The position numbers and the translations under genes are program-made. From NCBI GenBank assembly GCA_963718915.1, contig CAVRAI010000001.1, positions 30,001-62,000 of the forward strand: DNA of 32,000 bases, written 5' to 3'. Position 1 is the first letter of the stretch, and every line of letters begins with the position of its first letter. Source of the DNA: an uncultured Chloroflexia bacterium (GTDB lineage Bacteria; Chloroflexota; Ktedonobacteria; Ktedonobacterales; JADMIN01). Under the pieces are notes generated by a model. That model ran no database searches. It saw nothing but the letters and a program-made list of their open reading frames with translations, and had not been told where the DNA came from. Positions 8,632-17,480 of the stretch are shown here, piece by piece.

Positions 8632-9492
8632 ATGAACGACAGGCTGAACGACTACGTGGACGGCGTCTTCGCACCCTACCAGGGCGCCAAGAGCATCAGC
8701 GAGCTGAAAGCGGACCTCCTTGCGGACCTGCATGAGCGGTTCCGTGAGCTCAAGGCCGAGGGCAAAGATGACGCGGAGGCCTTCGAGTTGACCATCGACA
8801 GTATCGGCGATATCGAGCAGACCGTGCAGGAGGTCGCCAACCTCTCCCGCTCGTTGGAGCGGAAGCTGGTCATCAACTTTCATGGGAGCAATCTGGCAAA
8901 GAGCGACTTTGCGGGCGTGATCGCGCATGAAGGACAGTTTAAGGGGAGCACGTTGCGCGGCGCTGACTTTTCGGGCGCAGACCTAACCGGAAGCTCGTTT
9001 CACGCCAGTGACATACGTGAAGCCAATTTTGAGCGCGCAAATCTGACAGACTGCACCTTTTCCGCAACTGACCTTACGGATGCGAACTTCCGTGAAACCA
9101 TCCTGGAACGCACCACCTTCAGCGCTTCCGGGCTGGACGGGGCAAAATTCATCGGCGTCAAGCTGACGGATGTCAAATTTGCGACGAACGACCTGCGAAA
9201 AGTCACCTTTGAAGGCTGTACCTTTCTCGGCGTGGACTTCCACTATGTCGACCTGAGCGGACAGCGACTTGATGGGCAGACCTTTCTCGGCGTCAAGTTT
9301 GACCTGCCGGCGCTGAAGAATGTGTCGTTTCAGGGCGCGACCCTCAGAAATGTGTCTTTCCGTCCAGTGGGTATCTGGTCTATGAAGCGTGCCATACAAT
9401 CCATTCACTTTGACGGCGCGCTGATGGATAAGCTGACGTATGCCGCACTCAAGGGCATAGGAGCCGATGTATCGCAGGTTACTGTGCTGTAA
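8632..9492 (+). CDS. Fusion of a PadR-associated helical N-domain (DUF1700 / permease-prefix / HAAS-like) with a pentapeptide-repeat domain
   Basis: The N-terminus (YVDGVF..ELKADLLADLHERFRELKAEGKDDAEAFELTIDSIGD) is of the type usually encoded after padR. It is followed by a ~170-aa run of A(D/N)LxX pentapeptides (ADFSGADLTGSSFHASDIREANFERANLTDCTFSATDLTDANF). No TM segment is present. Confidence 0.75.
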   Translation: MNDRLNDYVDGVFAPYQGAKSISELKADLLADLHERFRELKAEGKDDAEAFELTIDSIGDIEQTVQEVANLSRSLERKLVINFHGSNLAKSDFAGVIAHEGQFKGSTLRGADFSGADLTGSSFHASDIREANFERANLTDCTFSATDLTDANFRETILERTTFSASGLDGAKFIGVKLTDVKFATNDLRKVTFEGCTFLGVDFHYVDLSGQRLDGQTFLGVKFDLPALKNVSFQGATLRNVSFRPVGIWSMKRAIQSIHFDGALMDKLTYAALKGIGADVSQVTVL

Positions 9493-9504
9493 GGAGGGAA
9501 GGTT

Positions 9505-10269
9505 ATGCAAAACATTTCCATTCAGGTAAAAGACCTGCAAAAATCCTACAAGCAGCTCAACGTCTTAAAAGGCGTGAATTTCACCGTGGAGCAGGGCAGC
9601 ATTTTCGCGCTGCTCGGCTCCAACGGCGCGGGCAAGACCACGATCGTGAGAATCCTCACCACCCTGCTCAAGCCGGATGACGGCACGATGCGCGTCAACG
9701 GATTCGACGTCTTGTCGCAGCCAGCGCAGGTGCGGGAGTCGATCACCCTGACAGGTCAATTCGCGGCGGTGGACGAGATCCTCACTGGCCGAGAGAACCT
9801 GATCATGATCGCCAAACTACGGCACGTGAAGAGCGTGGGCAAGGTGGCAGACGATCTGCTCGAACGATTCGGCCTCGCCGCCGCGGCCGGGCGCCGGGTC
9901 TCGACCTACTCAGGCGGCATGCGCCGTCGCCTCGACATCGCCATGAGCCTCATCGGCAACCCGCGAATCATCTTCCTCGATGAGCCGACGACCGGCCTCG
10001 ACCCGGAGGGCCGCATTGAGGTGTGGCAGGTGATCCAGAACCTCGCTGACAGCGGCACGACTGTGTTCCTGACAACCCAGTACCTCGACGAGGCCGAGAA
10101 GCTCGCCGACCGGATCGCGATCCTGCACGAAGGCACAATCATCGTGTCTGGCACTTTGGAGGAGCTGAGGAAGCTGCTCCCGCCCGCGAAAGTCGAATAC
10201 GTGGAACGGCAGCCCACCCTGGAGGAGATCTTCCTGGCGATCGTCGGAAGCGACAAGAAGGAGCAATAA
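9505..10269 (+). CDS. ABC transporter ATP-binding protein (DrrA-like, ABC-2 exporter type)
   Basis: Walker A GSNGAGKTT, signature YSGGMRRRLD, Walker B IIFLDEPTTGLD. Confidence 0.9.
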   Translation: MQNISIQVKDLQKSYKQLNVLKGVNFTVEQGSIFALLGSNGAGKTTIVRILTTLLKPDDGTMRVNGFDVLSQPAQVRESITLTGQFAAVDEILTGRENLIMIAKLRHVKSVGKVADDLLERFGLAAAAGRRVSTYSGGMRRRLDIAMSLIGNPRIIFLDEPTTGLDPEGRIEVWQVIQNLADSGTTVFLTTQYLDEAEKLADRIAILHEGTIIVSGTLEELRKLLPPAKVEYVERQPTLEEIFLAIVGSDKKEQ

Positions 10270-11030
10270 TGAACACCCATTTCTTCAGCGACACGAGCGT
10301 GATGCTCGGACGTTCCCTGCGACACGTCACGCGCAGCGTGGACACCATCATCACAGTGATGATCATGCCAATCGCCTTCATGCTGCTGTTCGTCTACGTG
10401 TTCGGTGGCGCCATCCAAACAGGCACAGACAACTATGTGAACTACCTGCTGCCCGGCATCCTGCTCATCGCAATCGCCAGCGGCATCTCCTATACCGCCT
10501 TCCGCCTGTTCAATGACCTGCAGAGCGGCATCTTCGAGAGGTTCCACTCGATGCCGATTGCCCGCTCGTCCGTGCTGTGGGGGCACGTTCTGACCTCACT
10601 GGTGTCCAACGCGATCTCCGTGGTAGTCATCGTCCTGGTGGCGCTCCTCATGGGCTTTCGCTCGTCGGCAGGAGTGCTGGCATGGCTCGCCGTGGCCGGC
10701 ATCCTCGCGCTGTTCACACTCGCGCTGACCTGGATCGCTGTGATCGCCGGATTATCGGCGAAATCCACGGACGGGGCGGTCGCCTTCTCGTACCCGATCA
10801 TCTTCTTGCCGTTCGTCAGCTCGGCATTCGTGCCCACTGCCTCGATGCCGGGTCCCGTGCGTGCCTTCGCGGAAAACCAGCCGGTCACCGCGATCGTCAA
10901 CACGATCAGAGCCTTGTTCGAGCAGCAGCCGGTCGGAGGCGAAATCTGGATCGCCCTCGCCTGGTGCGTCGGCATCCTCCTCATCGCCTATGCGCTCGCC
11001 ATGGTGGTCTACCGGCGCAAAATAGCCTGA
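10269..11030 (+). CDS. ABC-2 type transporter permease (DrrB-like)
   Basis: Six hydrophobic helices. Its start overlaps the ATPase stop (TAATG), indicating translational coupling. Confidence 0.85.
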   Translation: MNTHFFSDTSVMLGRSLRHVTRSVDTIITVMIMPIAFMLLFVYVFGGAIQTGTDNYVNYLLPGILLIAIASGISYTAFRLFNDLQSGIFERFHSMPIARSSVLWGHVLTSLVSNAISVVVIVLVALLMGFRSSAGVLAWLAVAGILALFTLALTWIAVIAGLSAKSTDGAVAFSYPIIFLPFVSSAFVPTASMPGPVRAFAENQPVTAIVNTIRALFEQQPVGGEIWIALAWCVGILLIAYALAMVVYRRKIA

Positions 11031-11140
11031 AATGTCAGGACGCTGGCAGCCCGTGACCGCTGGAGCCACCCTGGGCTGTTGCTCGCGCTCGTGGTCACGC
11101 CCGCCAACGCAGACGAGCGCACCCAGATTCAGTCGCTGCG
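11031..11140 (+). mobile_element. Possible short remnant of an IS4/IS5-type DDE transposase
   Basis: The frame reads ..WSHPGLLLALVVTPANADERTQIQSL.., resembling the G.pLA..VT.AN..D....l segment of DDE_Tnp_1 transposases. Only ~25 aa are similar, and there are no terminal repeats or intact ORF. Confidence 0.3.
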
Positions 11141-11242
11141 GAGAGCGATTCACGCCGCCATTCCTGCATCGCATCGGGAGTCGCGGCGCACTCCTTTTCA
11201 TCAGATTTCTCTCTATACCCCAGTTGTCATCTGGCTTACAGT

Positions 11243-12049
11243 ATGTGCAGAGAACATCATTGTCTCGCTGAGTTGCAGCGGGCATTCGGTCAGCGGAAAA
11301 CACCAATTATGCCTGCCAAAGGAACACCCAGGACTTCAGATCGCGCACCAGGTCGGCAGAAACGCACCGAAGTCTCCAGATTGTGTGATGCGCTCTTCGG
11401 AACAACGCCTCTGGCGGCGCACTGCCACATATGGGCCATGGAAAGCCAGCGCTTTGCCGCCTTTCTCGATACTTACCAGGGAAAGATCGGCAAGAAATTG
11501 CGCGGTATAAGCGATGATGGCGGCTATCCTGACCTGCTGGCGGAGCTGGATGTCGCCCACAGGCTCCTGACCGACCGCGGTTTCACCCTCGTCTATGAAC
11601 CCTATCTCGCCGAACGCCAGCGCGGCCCCGACTTTGCCGTCACCTTCAAGTCGCACACAACGTTCACCGTCGAGGTGCGCCATCTCCGGCCATCCGGCGC
11701 CGACGCGAAACTCCGCCTGGAGGCGATCCTCGCCGATAAGCTGCGCCAGCTACAGCCTTCGACCCCCAATGTCCTCGCACTCGTCGGCGAACCCGATGTC
11801 GCCTCTCCCGAACAGGTGCAGGCCGCACTCGATACGCTGGCGATAGCCGGACAACGGAAAGACGACGCCGTGTGCATACGGAGGGGGTTCGCGAGCGCGC
11901 GCGACCTCTTGCGCCGGATGGAGCGGCTGAGCGCTATCGCGACCCTCGCGCCGTCCGCCGCATCGCTCTACGAGCCACCACGCGCACGTCGCCCGCTTCC
12001 GCCGGAACTACGCAAAACGCTGGCCCGCGCGTTTGGGGTATTACCCTGA
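11243..12049 (+). CDS. Hypothetical protein (possible PD-(D/E)xK-like core); start uncertain
   Basis: The long ORF has coding-like composition from about ATG 11438 (MESQRFAAFLDTYQGKIG...). The motif GPDFAV-x10-VEVRHL follows a helix (LLAELDVAHRLL). Alternative starts are 11309 and 11438. Confidence 0.5.
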   Translation: MCREHHCLAELQRAFGQRKTPIMPAKGTPRTSDRAPGRQKRTEVSRLCDALFGTTPLAAHCHIWAMESQRFAAFLDTYQGKIGKKLRGISDDGGYPDLLAELDVAHRLLTDRGFTLVYEPYLAERQRGPDFAVTFKSHTTFTVEVRHLRPSGADAKLRLEAILADKLRQLQPSTPNVLALVGEPDVASPEQVQAALDTLAIAGQRKDDAVCIRRGFASARDLLRRMERLSAIATLAPSAASLYEPPRARRPLPPELRKTLARAFGVLP

Positions 12050-12072
12050 AATGGGCGTAGCAGACTGGCGAC

Positions 12073-12852
12073 CTAGCGCCCGATGGCGCGCATCAGCAGA
12101 ATCGAAAGCTCGAAGAGCACCGTGAAGCTGACGCCGATAATCACCGGGCTAAACGGATCCGCGCCCGGCGTGATGAAGCACGAGAGGAACCAGAGTCCAA
12201 AGAGGATGACCAGCCGCTTCTGCCGCAGCACCCGGCTATTGATGATGCCCACCACCGCCATGAAGGTCAGCACCAGCGGCAACTCGAAGACAATCGCGAA
12301 GGCCAGCAGGAAGTAGGTGACAAAGGTGAAGTAGCTATCGGCGTCGGTGAGCAGAATGAATCGGTCGCTGCCGAAGGTGACCAGCCAGTCAATTGGCCAA
12401 CGCAAGACGACAAAGCCAACGGTGATGCCGACAAAGAAGAGGCCGACTCCCAGCAGCGTAAACGGCAGCGCATACTTGCGTTCGCGGCGAGTCAGCGCGG
12501 GCGAAATGAAGGCCCAGAGCTGATAGAGAATGACCGGAGAGGCCACCATGATGCCAACGGCGATGCCGACCTTCAGCGCGACCATAAATGGCTCGCCGAT
12601 ATCGTGGGCCACCAGTTGGCCTTGTTCCGCGCCGGGCAGCTTGTTGGCGGCGGCGGGGAGGGGAATCAGCAGGAAGCCAATAATGCGATCCCAGAAGACG
12701 ATGCCCACAATCGAGAAGATCGCGACCGCGATCACCATTTTGATCATGCGGCCGCGTAGCTCTTCGAGATGCTCGATGAGCGTCATCGTACCGCCTTCAG
12801 GCTCCTCCTCGTCGGCAGCCTGATTGACTTCGTGCAGATGTTCCGCTGCCAT
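12073..12852 (-). CDS. tatC: Twin-arginine translocase subunit TatC
   Basis: LIEHLEELRGRMIK plus six TM helices with TatC-like spacing; GGGAGGGA RBS. Confidence 0.9.
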   Translation of the reverse strand: MAAEHLHEVNQAADEEEPEGGTMTLIEHLEELRGRMIKMVIAVAIFSIVGIVFWDRIIGFLLIPLPAAANKLPGAEQGQLVAHDIGEPFMVALKVGIAVGIMVASPVILYQLWAFISPALTRRERKYALPFTLLGVGLFFVGITVGFVVLRWPIDWLVTFGSDRFILLTDADSYFTFVTYFLLAFAIVFELPLVLTFMAVVGIINSRVLRQKRLVILFGLWFLSCFITPGADPFSPVIIGVSFTVLFELSILLMRAIGR

Positions 12853-12921
12853 CGCATCCCTCCCACCAACCGCATACCCAATTCGCCCGCGCCAAGGCGC
12901 TCAGGGCGTTCCGCGCGACGC

Positions 12922-13176
12922 CTACTCCTTAGGAGTCTCGGTGGTCGCGCTAACCGGCGCGGCAGATGGCAGTTCCGGCGTCGCCTGTGCCGTGGCTGGC
13001 GGAATGGCGCTCGTCGGCGGCGCCTCCGGCTCCTTCACCTCGCGCATCGACTTCTGGAACTCTTTGATCGTCTTCCCAATGGACGAGCCCATTTCCGGGA
13101 GCCGCTTGGGTCCCCAAATCAGGAGCGCGATGAGGGCCAGTGGGATCAGGTCGTACCAGTGAAATCCACCTAACAT
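12922..13176 (-). CDS. tatA: Twin-arginine translocase subunit TatA/E
   Basis: LIPLALIALLIWGPKRLPEMGSSIGKTIKEFQKS is the TatA TM plus amphipathic helix. ATG 13176 is preferred (GGAG 9-12 nt upstream) over the ORF-track start at 13191. Confidence 0.85.
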   Translation of the reverse strand: MLGGFHWYDLIPLALIALLIWGPKRLPEMGSSIGKTIKEFQKSMREVKEPEAPPTSAIPPATAQATPELPSAAPVSATTETPKE

Positions 13177-13599
13177 ATGCTTTCGCTCCATTCCCTAGGA
13201 CGAGGTGTCGGCATTCCCCAAAGACATTGCCATCTGTTCACCTCTATTCAGCGATTATAGTACATCGTGAGGACATCGGGTAGCACAACTGGCTATCCTT
13301 TTCTCAAGATACGAGTGATAGCACGCCCGGTAACACGATGCCGCATACCCAGCAATACCTCGCATAGATCGTTCCAGATCCCCCTGACCTGCGCACCCCT
13401 GCCACAGATATTCCTGCGTCAGCGCGCCAAAACAGGCCGCAAAAAAACAACGGCCAGCCTAATGTTGACTATTTTGCTAGGATATATGCACAATATGGAA
13501 GGCAGCTCCATGAAAAGCCGTCTCAGATAGATCGTTAGTATCGTCAGGCGGAGGCCCTGACGGCGTTACTATCAGGCTTTGCTCTGAGGAGGGATTACC

Positions 13600-14517
<918 letters not shown>

Positions 14518-14686
14518 GACTTCGTCGCATGCCCACGCGCGATATACTGATAAGGCGGCCCATCGGGAATTCTCCGGTGCGCTGCCTTGTCCCATTCGGG
14601 CTTGTTCGCGGTTGTTTGGTCGTGAGACTACCATCTCATAACAATTTGCATAGAGAGATTGCACTGAAGAAAGGGCAATTATTCTT

Positions 14687-15091
14687 ATGAATATGGATCG
14701 TCAGGAAGCCATCGAATTTCTCGTAGATCACTACAATAATCCACGCAATCGTGGCGCGCTCGACCATGCCGATATTGATCAGGTGGGCGGCAATCCAGGC
14801 TGTTCCGACCGCGTGGAAATGTATGCCAGAGTAGACGCGGACGGACACATCGAAGAGGTCACGTTCGAGGGCGAGGGCTGCACCATCAGCATGGCCGCCG
14901 CGTCGTATGTGACCGAGATGGTGCAGGGGATGACACTCGAAGAGGTCGAGCAACTCAGCTTCGAGACACTGATCGACGACCTGGGGCGCGAGGTGGTGAT
15001 GGCTCGCCCGACCTGCGCCACCGTCGCCCTTGGCACGCTCAAGCAGGGCGCGCACGAGCTACGCATGAAGCGCATGGCAGCCGAAAAGTAG
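14687..15091 (+). CDS. sufU: SufU/IscU-type iron-sulfur cluster scaffold-like protein
   Basis: Three conserved Cys contexts (NPGCSD, GEGCTISMAAAS, RPTCATVALG). There is no LPPVK motif, which favours the SufU type. Confidence 0.75.
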   Translation: MNMDRQEAIEFLVDHYNNPRNRGALDHADIDQVGGNPGCSDRVEMYARVDADGHIEEVTFEGEGCTISMAAASYVTEMVQGMTLEEVEQLSFETLIDDLGREVVMARPTCATVALGTLKQGAHELRMKRMAAEK

Positions 15092-15414
15092 GGGTACCAT
15101 GCCTCGGCTATAAATGACCGGAGTAACGAACATTGGGTCATGAATGGCCGCCACGCCCAGTAAGCGAGCAAGGCGGATCCGCCACGCTGCCGGGCGTTTA
15201 CGCTCTCCGCTCCTACCCCGGCCTTCATGAACGTTCACTTATTACGCCGAACACCGCGCGTTGTGGCGGTTGAGGCAGGCCGTAGCGTCAACGCCACGGC
15301 GAATTTTCTGCCTCCCAGGCCCATTCGCCGGGGCCTTCGGGCTTCCGGCACGCTCGCCCAAGCACGCTGTACAGCATTAATGCTAAAACCACATTAAGGC
15401 CGGTATTTTAATGT

Positions 15415-16176
15415 CTACCCGTCGCCGCGCTTGATGTATTTGTACGCCTCGGCGTACTCTAGCTCGTGGCCGTGCTTGCGTGCGCTATTGGCCGTCTCTT
15501 TGGCCCACTCGCGCACCATCTCCGTCGGGTCCCAGTCGCCCATCTGGCTCTTGTGCGCCTTGAGCGCCGCGACCTTCTGCTCCAGATAGCCACTGATGTC
15601 CACCCAGCGATCAGGCTCGGACGTGCCAGAGATGTAGACCTCTTTCACCTCGTGTGTCTCCAGCCCCTCGGCGGCTAGCTCCGGGAAGGCCAGTCGCGTG
15701 CCAGCCACTGGGATGATCGCGCCCAGCGTCGCCTCGCCCGCGATGCGGTGATCGGGATGGTTGATGTATCCCTGACCGCTCCAGTAGCGCGTCGGATCCT
15801 GGCAGATCACCACATCCGGCTTCACTCTGCGTATCACGCGCGCAATATCCGAGCGCAGCTGCAACGTCGGCTCCAGCCGCGAATCCTGATAATGTAGGAA
15901 GATGACCGGATGCCGCACACCCAGCGCATTGGCGGCGTCCTGCGCTTCTATCTGGCGTTTCGCGGCAAGCTGCTCGCTGGTAATCTCTTTGTCGCCCTGG
16001 TCGCCCGCCTGACCATCAGTAATCAGGCAGTAATAAATATCGCGCCCCTCAGCGGCCCAGCGTGCCAGCGTTCCCCCGCTGCCAAACTCGCCGTCGTCGG
16101 GGTGCGCCATCACGATGAGCACGCGCCGGGGCGTGGTCGTCTTCTGCTCGTCCGGTGTTTCCGCCGTATCAGTCAT
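15415..16176 (-). CDS. PIG-L/LmbE family deacetylase
   Basis: VLIVMAHPDDGEFGSGG and HPDHR motifs; GAGGAG RBS. Confidence 0.85.
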   Translation of the reverse strand: MTDTAETPDEQKTTTPRRVLIVMAHPDDGEFGSGGTLARWAAEGRDIYYCLITDGQAGDQGDKEITSEQLAAKRQIEAQDAANALGVRHPVIFLHYQDSRLEPTLQLRSDIARVIRRVKPDVVICQDPTRYWSGQGYINHPDHRIAGEATLGAIIPVAGTRLAFPELAAEGLETHEVKEVYISGTSEPDRWVDISGYLEQKVAALKAHKSQMGDWDPTEMVREWAKETANSARKHGHELEYAEAYKYIKRGDG

Positions 16177-16317
16177 GTTTTCTCCTCAGCAACTGGCTGC
16201 GATGTCATCGGCGACACCGCCTCTGCTACACAAAGTATAGCGTCTATCCCCGCCCTCTGTCAGCGCGACCGGCTCACGAACCTCGCGTGTAGCTTCAGTA
16301 CAATCGCGCACTCGAAA

Positions 16318-16331
16318 TGTGAATATTCACA
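16318..16331. promoter_or_regulatory. Perfect 14-bp palindrome in a divergent promoter region (candidate operator)
   Basis: TGTGAATATTCACA lies between the PIG-L deacetylase gene (start 16176, minus) and the GerMN lipoprotein gene (start 16450, plus). Confidence 0.4.
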
Positions 16332-16449
16332 CACTCCCAGGCCTCTGAACAGAGTATGCTGGGTATAGCATCTTTCGTTATACTGGTGAACGCCGCGAGC
16401 CATCATCCTTTGTCGTTCTTCTCGTGGCGCTCTTGGAAGGAAGTACGTT

Positions 16450-17091
16450 ATGTTTCTGGGTCGTACCGTACCTCATACTGGCGATTTCAGACGCCCGCCC
16501 ATGGTTCTCCTGGCGTTGGGGTTGCTGGCGACGCTGCTGGCACTTTCCGCCTGCGCCACGAGCACGAGCGGCACGGGTGACAGCGTCCCAACGGCAACCA
16601 CCGCTCCGACCGCGACGACCGTTCCCACAGCAACCAGCAAGCCGGGCGGGCAGGCGGTGGTGGTCTATTTCTCGAAACATCCCGACTCCGATAGCAACGT
16701 AAACGCGGTCTTTGCGGTTAACCGTTTCTCGCCGGATCTTGGGGTTGCGAAATACTCGCTCCAGCAACTCATCGCCGGGCCAACAGCTGCGGAGGCTGGG
16801 GCGGGCTTCTACACCGAACTCACCGCATCACTCTCAGGCGCATCCACCTGTGGCGGGGCTGACTTCCAGCTCTACCCCAACCACAAAGGCACATCGGTCG
16901 CCGAGACAGGCACAATGACGATCCAGTTCTGCCGCGCCATCCAGCTTGCGGGCGATCTCACCGGATCGAGAATCGCCGCCGAGATTAACAAGACGATGTT
17001 CCAATTCTCCAACATCCATAAGGTCATTATCCTGACCAAAGATGGTGGCTGCTTCAACGATTTCCAGGGCGCCAACGCCTGTCTCAGTTAA
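16450..17091 (+). CDS. Lipoprotein with a GerMN-like domain
   Basis: Lipobox LLALSAC, a Thr/Pro linker, then VVVYFSKHP...SLQQLIAGPTAAE, the GerMN-type pattern; GGAAGGA RBS. Confidence 0.55.
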   Translation: MFLGRTVPHTGDFRRPPMVLLALGLLATLLALSACATSTSGTGDSVPTATTAPTATTVPTATSKPGGQAVVVYFSKHPDSDSNVNAVFAVNRFSPDLGVAKYSLQQLIAGPTAAEAGAGFYTELTASLSGASTCGGADFQLYPNHKGTSVAETGTMTIQFCRAIQLAGDLTGSRIAAEINKTMFQFSNIHKVIILTKDGGCFNDFQGANACLS

Positions 17092-17180
17092 CAGTCAGTA
17101 CGCTTGCGCGCGGCGGCGCCTGTGTCAAAGCGCGGCCTGAAAAAATGGCCTGTCTCTGTCGTCGTTCGTCTAACAACAGT

Positions 17181-17224
17181 GTCCCAGGAATGTCCCAAAT
17201 GCGTCCCAAATGCGTCCCAAATGC
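17181..17224 (+). repeat. Four tandem 11-bp direct repeats (iteron-like)
   Basis: GTCCCAGGAAT followed by three exact GTCCCAAATGC units (17192-17202, 17203-17213, 17214-17224). Next comes ATGCTCATC twice at 10-bp spacing (17221-17229, overlapping the last unit by 4 nt, and 17231-17239). Then CATTTGGG (17240-17247), the inverted complement of the repeat core. Confidence 0.8.
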
Positions 17225-17480
17225 TCATCAATGCTCATCCATTTGGGCGCACAAGAACAAGATGCCCGCTCTCTACGTCAAGTATAGTGGTGAGGCGCCT
17301 CTGAGCCATTTTGAGGAACCATACTGGCTACGAGTCGGCCCCGCCATGCTACGATCATAGTTCGGCAGAAAACAGGCGTAGTGCTACCGAAATAGACATA
17401 TCCGTCAGGCACGGTTTGTGCCAGCAGCCGTGCACAAGGCATATCTGCGACGTTTAAGGATATGGGGAGAACATAGTACC

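Noticed and set aside
15092-15414. Considered as tmRNA, RNase P RNA or SRP RNA because of its size and the GGGG start.
   Set aside because: It lacks the hallmark sequences of those RNAs: no tag-peptide reading frame with a tRNA-like CCA end, no GAGGAAAGUCC P4 element, and no SRP GGAA/AGCA domain IV motif.
17181-17247. Tandem repeats considered as a CRISPR array.
   Set aside because: The units are 11 bp and directly abutting, with no spacers, and there are no cas genes in the window.
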